Assembly: GCA_041695225.1 (NCBI GenBank)
Contig: JBGFRI010000033.1
Location: 1 to 36,916, forward strand
Origin: Deinococcota bacterium
GTDB taxonomy: Bacteria > Deinococcota > Deinococci > Deinococcales > Thermaceae
DNA length: 36,916 nt
Direction: 5' to 3'
Under the pieces are notes generated by a model. That model made no database searches. It was not told where the DNA came from and saw only the letters and a program-made list of their open reading frames with translations. Each line of letters opens with the position of its first letter. The first letter of the stretch is position 1. Of this stretch, positions 28,060 through 36,811 are shown piece by piece. The position numbers were made by a program, and so were the translations under genes.

Positions 28060-28340
28060 GCTGGTCGCCGATGGCGCGCCAGGATTTGCGGGAGTCGGTG
28101 GCGTACATCGCGGAGGACGACCGTCGGGCTGCCAGCCGGTTTGCCCGTGGAATCTTTCAGGCGATCGGGAGGTTGAGCCAGTTCCCGCAGTCCGGTCGGA
28201 TGGTGCCCGAATTCGGCGACCCGGCGTTGCGTGAGGTGATCAAACCGCCGTGTAGAGTGGTGTATCGGGTTCATTCCGGGGCAGAGACCGTCGAGATCGC
28301 GCGTGTATGGCACGTGGCCAGCGGGGTGCCACAGATATGA
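28044..28340 (+). CDS. RelE/ParE family toxin
   Basis: WSP.A..DL.....YIA.D...AA, L..FP.SGR.VPE, RVVYRV and EIARVWH motifs. Confidence 0.88.
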   Translation: MAYRLSWSPMARQDLRESVAYIAEDDRRAASRFARGIFQAIGRLSQFPQSGRMVPEFGDPALREVIKPPCRVVYRVHSGAETVEIARVWHVASGVPQI

Positions 28341-28353
28341 GCGAGATATGAGC

Positions 28354-28412
28354 GGCCAACCGCACGATTCAGCGACGGAGAGAAGCCCGGTCGCTGATCT
28401 CGGGCGTTAGCC
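28354..28412 (+). other. attC site (59 bp, canonical)
   Basis: R'' GGCCAAC; GAT(T)CAGCGAC pairs with GTCGCTGATC; R' GTTAGCC. Confidence 0.9.
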
Positions 28413-28452
28413 AGCCGGAAAGAGACGTGATATCGTGATATATAGTCGAAAT

Positions 28453-28701
28453 ATGGGAGAAGATGCCAATACCAAAATGCCAGTCCCTGATCCTCTTATT
28501 ACCACATCTCCCGCCCGGCTTAGCGGAACACCTGTCTTTGCTGGAACAAGAGTGCCTGTACAAACTCTCGTTGATTACCTCAAAGCGGGGGATTCTTTGG
28601 ATGATTTCTTAGCAGATTTTCCGAGCGTTTCCCGCGACCACGCTATTGCCGTGCTGGAACTCGCGAAGTCTGCGCTTCTTGCCCAGGCTGTAGCGGCATA
28701 G
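28453..28701 (+). CDS. DUF433 antitoxin
   Basis: SGTPVFAGTRVPVQTLVDYL..G.SLDDFL.DFPSV; start at 28453 or 28477. Confidence 0.88.
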   Translation: MGEDANTKMPVPDPLITTSPARLSGTPVFAGTRVPVQTLVDYLKAGDSLDDFLADFPSVSRDHAIAVLELAKSALLAQAVAA

Positions 28702-28717
28702 TCTCACGGCAGTTGGC

Positions 28718-29038
28718 GTGCGAGTTCTTCTTGATGGTTGCGTGCCGAAACGCCTTGCCAAGTAGTAGTCGTTGCACGAGGTTCAAACAGCCCCGGAGAT
28801 GGGTTGGGGTGATCTTGATGACGGCCCCCTGCTGGATGCCATGGGCGGATACTTTGATGTTTTGGTCACGGTTGACGAGAGCCTGCCTAAACAACAACGG
28901 CTTACCAACCGGCCTTTCGCTGTTATTGTTCTTAAGGCAAAGACGAACCGTTTGGTTGATCTTCTTCCCCTAGTCCCGGCACTTTGCCTTGCAATTGAAG
29001 AACTTTGTTCAGGTCAAGTTCGTGAACTGGCCGGCTAA
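28718..29038 (+). pseudogene. DUF5615-type PIN toxin pseudogene
   Basis: VRVLLDGCVPKRLAK**SLHEVQT..EMGW....DG.LL...FDVLVT.D; tandem TAG TAG at 28763-28768. Confidence 0.85.
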
Positions 29039-29095
29039 CAAAACGCTCCACCGGATGCTCCTGATCGTCGCGCCGGTGAGTTTTGAACGCTAACA
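29033..29095 (+). other. Terminal attC with non-canonical R'
   Basis: R'' GGCTAAC complements the upstream R' GTTAGCC; CT(C)CACCGG pairs with CCGGTGAG; the R' position reads GCTAACA. Confidence 0.8.
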
Positions 29096-29169
29096 AGCCA
29101 ACCGTCTATCATACGGGACAATGCGCACTAGCAGAAGAAAAGTTAGCGTGAAGCTCGCCTGTGCGCTGC

Positions 29170-31386
29170 CTAATCCTCCAGCAGCCCCACAAAGCTCTGG
29201 GGGTCGGGGTCCAGGCGCAGCCGTGCGCCGCGCACCGGCGGCAGGTTTTCCATCAGGGTTTGCAGGCGGGCCTCGGAGCTTTTGAGCAGCAGGTGGAAGA
29301 TATACTGCCGCCGCAGGCGGGCTACTGGCGCGGGGGCTGGGCCCAGCAGCTCGCCGGGCTGGGCTCTGGGTCTGAGGGCCTGGGCAAGCTGGTAGATGGC
29401 GTCGCGGGCCACCGATTCCTTGGGGTGGGCGACCTCGAGCTTGACCATCCGGGTGGCGGGTGGGTAGCCCAGGGTGCGGCGCAGGGCCAGCTCAATCTCC
29501 ATAAAACCCTGGGGGTCGGCGGTCTGGAGCGCCCGGTGGGCCGCGTGGCCCGGTTCAAAGGTCTGCAATACCAGCAAGGGACGGCGGCCAGGGTGCAGGT
29601 CGGTTAGCTGCCACAAGAGCCGGTGGTAGCGCTCCGAGGCGCGGAAATCGGACTCGAGCACAAACCCATCGGCGTAGGGCAGCAGGACCAGGGCCAGCTC
29701 GGGCAGCACCGGCCCGCGCAAAACCGCGGTGGTGCCCACCAGTACTCCGGGCTGGCCCGAGAGCAGGTTCTGCAGGTCGTCTTTGGCGTCGGCGGTGTAG
29801 CGGTAGCGTGGCAGAGCGGGGAGGTGCTGGGCCAGGGCCTCCTGTATCCATTCCACCCCTGGGCCCCGGGGGTCGAAGACATCCGACTGGCACCTCGGGC
29901 ACAGCTCGGGGGCCTGGTGCTGGTGGCCGCACTGGTGGCACTGCAGCAGGCCTAGCCGCCCGCTTTTGTGCAGGCGCAAAGGCAGGGCGCAGTTGGGACA
30001 CATGGCCTTCCAGTCGCACTGCTTGCAGCGCAGTACCGCGCTGTAGCCCCGCCGCGCCGAGAGCACAATGGCCTGGCGGTTTTTCTCCAGGGTCTGCTGC
30101 AAGAGCGCTATGGCCGCGCCGCTCAGGGGCCAGCCTCGCTCCCGCCGCATGTCCAGCAGGTGCAGGCGGGGTGAGGGCATGGGCAGCGTGTGGGCTGGCT
30201 GGGCCCAGACCTCGGCGCTGCTAACCCCCGACCAGTAGTGCAGCGGAATGCCCAGCTGCTGTGCTTTAAGCTGGGCCAGCCGGGGCACAAAAGCCCTCGA
30301 GCCCGCCGGTAGTTTATAGGCCTCCGAGGCCTCTTCCACCACCACCATCCGTTTCAACTCTACCGGCAAGAGCAAGCCCTGATAGGTACAGAACACCAAA
30401 ACCCTGCCTGTCTCCTTATCGCCTGTCGCCTCCCTCCCCTGCTCCCCTGCTCCCCCTCTCACCTGCTCCCTTACCCTGCGGCGCTCCTCGGGTTTCATCT
30501 CGCCATGGAAGACGATGGCCTCGGGGAAGTAGGGCCGAAACTTTTTGAGCAAGGAAACTTCGGGAAAGAGCACCATCACCGACTCGGCTTGCACCAGTGC
30601 TGCCAGGGCCCGGATGCGCTCCAGCAGCCTTCCGCCCTGTAGCCGGATGGGGATGGTGGGCAGCTCAAGGGGCTCGAGTCTGCGTCCTACCACGGTTTCG
30701 TGGGCCGGCTCTACCTCCACAAAGCCGATATAGCCCTTTTCCACCAGCCCTTTCACCACCCCCGCACCCACCCCCGCGGCCCTGGCCAGCGCGGCCATGC
30801 TCTCGACCTGCCGCAGGTCACGCAGGGCATACCAGGCCGCCCTGGCTTTCGCGCTAAGCTTCGGCGGGGGTTCCTGCAAGACCATCAGTGCTTGCTGCAT
30901 ACTGCGCTGAATAGCTACTTCTTCCTGCAAAACCCCGGCCTCGCGCAGGAAGTCCAGCAGTCTGGGGTCCAGACCTCGGGCTTCCTGCCAGCCCAGGGCC
31001 AGGGTTTCCAGACCCCCGGGCAGCACCGCCGGGTCGGCCTCGGGCAGCAGCCGCACGCGGTGAAGCAGGGGCGGCTCCAAAAAGGGAACCAGGTCGTTCA
31101 ACAAGACCCCCACCGTACAGAAGCTGTCGCGGGAGGCCCGGGTCAGATATTCAACGGCTGCTCTGCTCAGCCAGGGCCCTGCATCCAGGTAGGCAATAGC
31201 CTCCCGCAGGGCAAAGCTCTGGTGCTGGCCTTCTTCGCTCCCCACCACCACCCCTACCCGCAGCTCGCCCCGCCAGGGCACCACCACCCGGCGTCCCAGC
31301 GCACCGTCGCCCTGCCTTTCGGCATGGGGCGGCAGATAAGACATCGGCTCGACCGGTAAGGGCACGGCAACCTTCAAGACCCCCAT
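29170..31386 (-). CDS. priA: Primosomal protein N' (PriA), helicase motifs degenerate
   Basis: G.RVVVPW...RVGVV 3'-binding domain, RRGY, four CxxC pairs, DFRASER, YPP and GPAPAP..R motifs. Confidence 0.9.
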   Translation of the reverse strand: MGVLKVAVPLPVEPMSYLPPHAERQGDGALGRRVVVPWRGELRVGVVVGSEEGQHQSFALREAIAYLDAGPWLSRAAVEYLTRASRDSFCTVGVLLNDLVPFLEPPLLHRVRLLPEADPAVLPGGLETLALGWQEARGLDPRLLDFLREAGVLQEEVAIQRSMQQALMVLQEPPPKLSAKARAAWYALRDLRQVESMAALARAAGVGAGVVKGLVEKGYIGFVEVEPAHETVVGRRLEPLELPTIPIRLQGGRLLERIRALAALVQAESVMVLFPEVSLLKKFRPYFPEAIVFHGEMKPEERRRVREQVRGGAGEQGREATGDKETGRVLVFCTYQGLLLPVELKRMVVVEEASEAYKLPAGSRAFVPRLAQLKAQQLGIPLHYWSGVSSAEVWAQPAHTLPMPSPRLHLLDMRRERGWPLSGAAIALLQQTLEKNRQAIVLSARRGYSAVLRCKQCDWKAMCPNCALPLRLHKSGRLGLLQCHQCGHQHQAPELCPRCQSDVFDPRGPGVEWIQEALAQHLPALPRYRYTADAKDDLQNLLSGQPGVLVGTTAVLRGPVLPELALVLLPYADGFVLESDFRASERYHRLLWQLTDLHPGRRPLLVLQTFEPGHAAHRALQTADPQGFMEIELALRRTLGYPPATRMVKLEVAHPKESVARDAIYQLAQALRPRAQPGELLGPAPAPVARLRRQYIFHLLLKSSEARLQTLMENLPPVRGARLRLDPDPQSFVGLLED

Positions 31387-31431
31387 CCCACCCAGATTAC
31401 CGCCCGGGGGCGATAGACAGCGACAGTCCAA

Positions 31432-32382
31432 CTACGCTTTGGGCACGTCGGAGGTGACTGGGAGGGGCCGCAGCGGAGGGTAGTAGACCAGCCTGTGGGC
31501 CTGGGCCCGGGCTTCTTCCAGGCTCAGGCCGCTGCACACCACCCAGACCACCCGGGCCTGGGCAAACCGACGGCTCAGCCGCTCGGTTAGCTCGTGCCCG
31601 CTAACCAGGCCGATGTGCAGCCCGCAGAAATGGTTGTCCTCCAGGTGATAAAGCCCGTCGCCCTGCCGGACTGCTTCGCGCATGACCTCGGCCAGCTTCT
31701 GCGCAAGCTGAAGGTTTTGTTCGGGGCTCTGCTTCTCGGTGCGCAGAACCCAGTAAGAGAGCAGCAAGGGCTGGTCGCTCCGGCTGGCTAGGGCCTGGTA
31801 GCGCTCGTAGTCGGTCTCGAGGGCCAGGCGCGTGCTCAGGCCAGTGTGGCGGTCCCGCAGGGCAACCTTGGCCAGCTCCTGCTGAGTGGCCTCGAGCTTG
31901 TGGATGGCTTGAAAAAGTGCAAGCCCTACCATTCCCGCCAGGGCCCAGCCGGGCAGCACCAGCCAGTACAGGACCGAGTCGGGGTGTGGCATCAAGACCG
32001 CCAGCATCACCAGCCCCCCTATCATCACCCAGAGCCCGCCAAACAAGGCCAGAACGGTCAGGCCCAGGGTGGCCAGGGTAGCGCTGGCATAGAGGGCCAT
32101 CTCCCGGTCCCACCCCGGCACCACTGCCTCCCAGGGCTGGTGGCTGGCCCAGACCAGCATGGCCAGGGTAGCCACCAGATGCAAAACCGGGGCGGGCTGG
32201 GGGTAGCGGTGGGCCAGCGGATAGGCTACTACGCTGGCCAGCAGATACACGCCAGCCACCACCTGGCTGACCCATTCCCCCATCCACAGCTGCGGCAAGG
32301 CCAGCACAACGCCTACAAATAGGGCCGAATTCCAATACAGTCGGCGCAACCAGGGCCAGAGTTGCTCGGACGAGTGTAACAT
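31432..32382 (-). CDS. Membrane protein with degenerate GGDEF-like domain
   Basis: About 6 TM segments, then D..TGL..R and VR.GD..YHLEDNHF in place of GGDEF. Confidence 0.75.
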   Translation of the reverse strand: MLHSSEQLWPWLRRLYWNSALFVGVVLALPQLWMGEWVSQVVAGVYLLASVVAYPLAHRYPQPAPVLHLVATLAMLVWASHQPWEAVVPGWDREMALYASATLATLGLTVLALFGGLWVMIGGLVMLAVLMPHPDSVLYWLVLPGWALAGMVGLALFQAIHKLEATQQELAKVALRDRHTGLSTRLALETDYERYQALASRSDQPLLLSYWVLRTEKQSPEQNLQLAQKLAEVMREAVRQGDGLYHLEDNHFCGLHIGLVSGHELTERLSRRFAQARVVWVVCSGLSLEEARAQAHRLVYYPPLRPLPVTSDVPKA

Positions 32383-32513
32383 TGTTCTATTCTAGGCAGC
32401 CTTTGCCGCCTGCTCTGTTCAAAATGGGCGCAAACCCATCCCGCCAGCGTTACGCAAGAATGGCCGGGGATAGCCCCGAAATTCGGCAGGGTAAACCGGG
32501 ATATGCTCTTTGT

Positions 32514-33656
32514 GTGGCCTGGGCCCTGATTCCTTCGGGTGTTTTGATCTATGGACGGAGTGATGAGGTGGCCGAGGATGGGGATGATTAATCTATGTGG
32601 CGCTGTATTCGGTGGTGCCGATGCTGCCCGGCCTCGAGCGCACCTTCGGCACTGCCCCGGGCAGCACCCACCTGGGCATCAGCCTGCCCTTTCTGGTACT
32701 GGTGCTGCTCTCCCCGCTGGTGCCGCGCCTTCGCCTGCCAGTAGGTGTCGTAATTGGCGGGGGGCTCTTGGGCGTGGGCGTGTTTGGGATACTGGCCGGG
32801 CTGGCCCCCACCCTTGAAATCTGGACCCAATGCCGAACCCTGCAAGGGGCCTTCGCGGCTGCCATCCCGGGGCTTTCACTGGCCTTGCTACCCCGGCTCT
32901 TCCCGGGCCGGCACCTGCAGATGGCCGGGCTCTGGGTGGCGGGCAATGTGCTGGGGGGTGGCCTGGGGCGCGGGCTGGGAGGGCTGTTTGCCGAGTGGTT
33001 TGGCGAGCGCCTGGCCCTGGTCTTGCTGGCCCTTCCGGTGGCGGTGATCGCTTTCTGGGTGCTGCGTGAACGCGAAAGCCTGGCCCTGCCGGCCCCACGC
33101 TACACCCTGTCGGCCTGGCCCCTGTATGTGCTGGGCTTTGCCCTGCTGTTTGTCAATTTTTTCGTGGCCAACCTGATGCCCTACCGCCTGGAGGCGCTGG
33201 GCCTGTCGCAGGCCAGATCGGGGCGATTTTCTTCGCCTACCTGGCCGGCATTCCCGGCAGCGCCCTGGCGGCCACCCTGGTCAGAAAATGGCACCCGGTG
33301 CGGGCTTTTCGCCTTGCCTTTGGGGTGGCGGCCCTGGGGTTGCTGGTTCAGATCCCCAGCCAGCCGCTTTTTATCCTGGTGGGCTTTGTGGCCATGATGG
33401 TGGGAATTTTTACCGCACAGGCCATCGCCGGTGGGGTCTCGGGGCGGGGCGGGAGCGGTAGGCGAGTCGCTTACGCGATTCCGGCAAAGCCGTAACCTAG
33501 GTGAGCGGAACCTATGTTTCGGCTTTCTACCTGGGCGGTATGGTGGCGGGTCTGGTGTACCCGCCCTTTATCGGACAGGGTGGGTTGTGGGGCCTCGAGC
33601 TCGCCCTGGCGGTCTCTTTGCTATCCATCCTGCTGGCTGCCAGGGCGCTGCGCTAG
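32514..33656 (+). pseudogene. MFS transporter (YnfM-like) pseudogene with three lesions
   Basis: The frame is rebuilt by removing a 44-bp insert (32554-32597), correcting a 1-bp deletion near 33212 and removing a 41-bp insert (33459-33499). It then reads VAWALIPSGVLIYVALYSVVP...YVSAFYLGG...ALR*. Confidence 0.85.
33459..33499. mobile_element. 41-bp structured mini-element, copy 2, inside the MFS gene
   Basis: Identical in reverse complement to 3368-3408; removal restores the reading frame. Confidence 0.8.
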
Positions 33657-33665
33657 ACTGGTGTT

Positions 33666-33905
33666 ATGGCAGGCCTTTCCGACACCGACCCCAGAGTAGC
33701 GCGGATGCAGATCGAGCTGCTGCGGCAGTGCAGCCCGGCCAGGCGGTTTACTCTCATGGCGGGCTGGTCGCAAATGCTTTTGTACGCCTCGTACCAGGAG
33801 GTCAGGCAACGGCTATCTGACGAGCGAGAAGCAAAGTTGGAGTGGGTTCGCCGACAGTACGGGGCAGAAGTAGCCGAGCGGCTGGAGAAACAGCTATGCT
33901 CCTAG
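33666..33905 (+). CDS. Small putative antitoxin (DT.P......Q...LR..SP..R motif)
   Basis: 79 aa; overlaps the downstream NTase gene. Confidence 0.75.
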   Translation: MAGLSDTDPRVARMQIELLRQCSPARRFTLMAGWSQMLLYASYQEVRQRLSDEREAKLEWVRRQYGAEVAERLEKQLCS

Positions 33906-34477
33906 GCGATGTCCCCAGAGCCATCGCAGACATCCTCGAGGTATTCAACCGACTGGGGGCAGAATACCGTATCGGCGGCTCGGTGGCGAGTTCAACCCTG
34001 GGCCACCTCCGCGCCACCAACGATGTGGACATCGTGGCCGATCTACGCCCGGAGCAAACCAGACCCTTTATCACGCTGCTCGGTGGCAAGTTTTATGTAG
34101 ACGACGAGTACATAGCCGAGTCCATCGCGCGCAAGCGTGGCTTCAATCTGATCCACCTCGAGACCTTCCTCAAGATAGACATCTTCCCGGTCAAAACACG
34201 CGCCTTCGACCGCTCTGCATTTTTTCGCAAACGCCGCGCTCGTCTGATGGAAGAGCCCCTCCTGGAGGCCGATTTGCTCACCCCGGAGGACATAGTCTTG
34301 AGCAAGCTCGAGTGGTACGAACTGGGCGGGCGCAGCTCCGAGCGGCAGTGGGGCGATGTGCTGGGCATCCTGCGGGTTCAAACCGAGCTGGATATGAACT
34401 ATCTGGGCTACTGGGCGGCGGAGCTGGGGCTCTCTGGGCTGCTCGAGAAAGCCCAAGGCCAGGCCGCGATGTACTGA
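33896..34477 (+). CDS. Nucleotidyltransferase-like putative toxin
   Basis: IGGSVASS..G..RATNDVDIV, KIDIF, PEDIVLSKLEW and SERQWGDV motifs. Confidence 0.85.
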   Translation: MLLGDVPRAIADILEVFNRLGAEYRIGGSVASSTLGHLRATNDVDIVADLRPEQTRPFITLLGGKFYVDDEYIAESIARKRGFNLIHLETFLKIDIFPVKTRAFDRSAFFRKRRARLMEEPLLEADLLTPEDIVLSKLEWYELGGRSSERQWGDVLGILRVQTELDMNYLGYWAAELGLSGLLEKAQGQAAMY

Positions 34478-34483
34478 CTGCAG

Positions 34484-34569
34484 ATAGCTAATAGCTGATA
34501 GCTAAAAGCTGATAGCAAAAGATTGAAGGCTCTCGACCATCGACTATAGACTATCCGCTATAGGCTATT
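34484..34569. repeat. Inverted pair of heptamer arrays between convergent genes (possible terminator)
   Basis: (TAGCTRA)n followed by (G(A/C)CTATN)n, largely complementary. Confidence 0.75.
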
Positions 34570-34573
34570 CCAG

Positions 34574-36811
34574 TTACGCACCAGGCTCTGGGCTGAAGAA
34601 GACATAGCCCCGTTTGCTCTGCCCCTTGATGCGGTAGAGCGCCAGGTCGGCGCGCTTGAGCAGTTCGCTGGTAGTTGTGGCGTCGCGGGGATAAAGGCTG
34701 ATACCGAAACTGGCGCTGATCTGCACCGGGCGGCCGGCCAGCTCAAAGGGCTGTTCCAGTGCTTGGAGCAGCTTGCCCACCACCTGCTCGCTATCGGAGG
34801 CGTGGGTGAGTTCGTTGAGGATTACCGCAAACTCGTCGCCCCCCAGGCGGGCCAGGGTATCCTCGGCCCGGATGACCCCCGAAAGACGCCTGGCGATAAG
34901 CTGCAACAGCAGGTCGCCGGCATCGTGCCCCAGTGTATCGTTGACCTCTTTAAAGCCATCCAGGTCGAAAAAGAGCAGCGCCACCACACATTTGCGGCGC
35001 TGGGCCCGGGCCAGGGCCTGCTCGAGCCGGTCGCCAAAGAGCCTCCGGTTGGGCAGGCCGGTAAGGGCGTCGTGTGTGGCCAGGTGCTCGTAGCGAGCGC
35101 TCTCGGACTTGAGCTGGGCCTCTAGCCTCAGGCGCTGCAACGCAATTGCCACCTGGGCTGCCAGCGCCTGGACGACCTCTATGGCTTCGGGGCCAAAGGC
35201 GTCGGGGCGCTCGAAGTTGTCGAGATTGAAAAAGCCACACACCTCCCCGGCCACGCTGATTGGGCTCGAAAGGGTGGCCTGGATCTCGCGAATGCGGCCA
35301 CCCTCCACCAGCACCCGCAGCTTCTCTGGCGCCAGGCTCTGGTGTTGATACCGAACCAGCTCCGGCCCGTCCAGGTCGCGACGCCCCAGCTCGGCTTCGC
35401 TCAGGCTTAGGGTCTGGAGCATGGCCAGGTCGTAGCCGATGGCGGTCTTGAAGCGGTACAGGCCGTCGGGGTCGAGCATTAGCAGGCTGCCTGCCTGGGC
35501 GCCCGGAACCAGCTCCAGGGCCCTGCCAAGCAGGCGCTGGTAAAAGCCTTCACCTAGCTCCTGGGCAAGCAGCTCGTTGGTGAGCTCTAGCAGCTCGTGG
35601 CGCAGACGGACTTCGCGCCTTAAGGCTTGCTCGGCCCGGTGGCGCTCGGTCACATCGCGGCTGCTTAGCACTCCTCCCACCACCCGGCCCTGTGGGTCGG
35701 TCAGGCTCACCGCGCTGGTCTCCAGCCACAGCTCACGCCCATCGGCATGCAAGGCCCGCAAGGTCAGGGTCAGGTTGCCACTGCTAGCCACGGCCCGTGC
35801 CACCGCGTTGGTGACGCGGGCCAGCTCCTCGGGGTGCACCAGGCGCAGGTACGAACGGCCCAGCAGCGCCTGTGGGGGGTAGCCCAGCACTCCTTGCGCT
35901 CCAGAGTTGACCAAGCTGATTTTCCCCTGCTTGTCTACCAGTGCTACTGCATCGGGTATGGCCTCCAGCACCTGTTTGAGCCGGGCCTCGCCCAGCCGCA
36001 GGGCCTCCTCCATCTCCTTGCGGCTGCTGATGTCGGTGCTGCGGAAGGTGACCGCCAGTACCTGCCCAGTTTCATCGCGCACCGGGTTAATGCTCACGTC
36101 AACCCAGTACTGGCTGCCGTCGAGGCGGGTGGTAAGGCGCTCTACCCGGAGCGTTTCGCCAGACAGACCCCGCTCCAGGTCGCGCGGCACCGTCGGGTCG
36201 TGCTCGGCAAAGGCCTGCCGGATGTCTAGACCAGCATACAGCGAAATTCCTAACACCCGCAACGCGCGCTGCTGGGCCTCGCGGTTGAAGGCTATTAGCC
36301 GGTAGTCGCGGTCAATTAGCAGCAGGGCGTCCTGGGTGTTGTCAAAGAGGGCCCTCAGATTGGCCTCGGAGTGGCGCAGGGCCTCGAGCACCGCCCTGCG
36401 CTCGGTTATGTCGGTGATGTAGCCATGCCACATCACGCTGCCGTCTGCTTGCACTTCGGGCCGGGCCTGGCCGTGCAGCCAGCGCACCTGGCCATCCCGG
36501 CGGCGCACCCGGAAGTCCAGTTCCCACAGGCTTAGCTCGGCAAAGGAGCGCTCTATCGAGGCCACTACCATCTCGCGGTCATCGGGGTGAATCACCTCCA
36601 ACACCGGGGTGGCGTCGTCTGCCAGGGCCTGGGCGGGCAGGCCATAGATCTGCTCGATGCCCTCGCTGGCATAGGGGAAGCGGCTACGCCCATCCGGGTA
36701 ACGCTGAAACTGGTAGAGCATTCCCGGCACCAAAGCCGCAAGTTTGTGCAAGCGCTCCTGCACAGCGTCGTGCGCCTCGGAGGCGGCCTTGCGCTCTAGT
36801 AGATCGTTCAT
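34574..36811 (-). CDS. Diguanylate cyclase with 3 PAS/PAC, GAF and GGDEF domains
   Basis: HPDD/HPEE PAS motifs, DITER, HDALTGLPNRR, DLDGFK.VND.LGHDAGD and ARLGGDEF; start at 36811 or 36826. Confidence 0.93.
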   Translation of the reverse strand: MNDLLERKAASEAHDAVQERLHKLAALVPGMLYQFQRYPDGRSRFPYASEGIEQIYGLPAQALADDATPVLEVIHPDDREMVVASIERSFAELSLWELDFRVRRRDGQVRWLHGQARPEVQADGSVMWHGYITDITERRAVLEALRHSEANLRALFDNTQDALLLIDRDYRLIAFNREAQQRALRVLGISLYAGLDIRQAFAEHDPTVPRDLERGLSGETLRVERLTTRLDGSQYWVDVSINPVRDETGQVLAVTFRSTDISSRKEMEEALRLGEARLKQVLEAIPDAVALVDKQGKISLVNSGAQGVLGYPPQALLGRSYLRLVHPEELARVTNAVARAVASSGNLTLTLRALHADGRELWLETSAVSLTDPQGRVVGGVLSSRDVTERHRAEQALRREVRLRHELLELTNELLAQELGEGFYQRLLGRALELVPGAQAGSLLMLDPDGLYRFKTAIGYDLAMLQTLSLSEAELGRRDLDGPELVRYQHQSLAPEKLRVLVEGGRIREIQATLSSPISVAGEVCGFFNLDNFERPDAFGPEAIEVVQALAAQVAIALQRLRLEAQLKSESARYEHLATHDALTGLPNRRLFGDRLEQALARAQRRKCVVALLFFDLDGFKEVNDTLGHDAGDLLLQLIARRLSGVIRAEDTLARLGGDEFAVILNELTHASDSEQVVGKLLQALEQPFELAGRPVQISASFGISLYPRDATTTSELLKRADLALYRIKGQSKRGYVFFSPEPGA

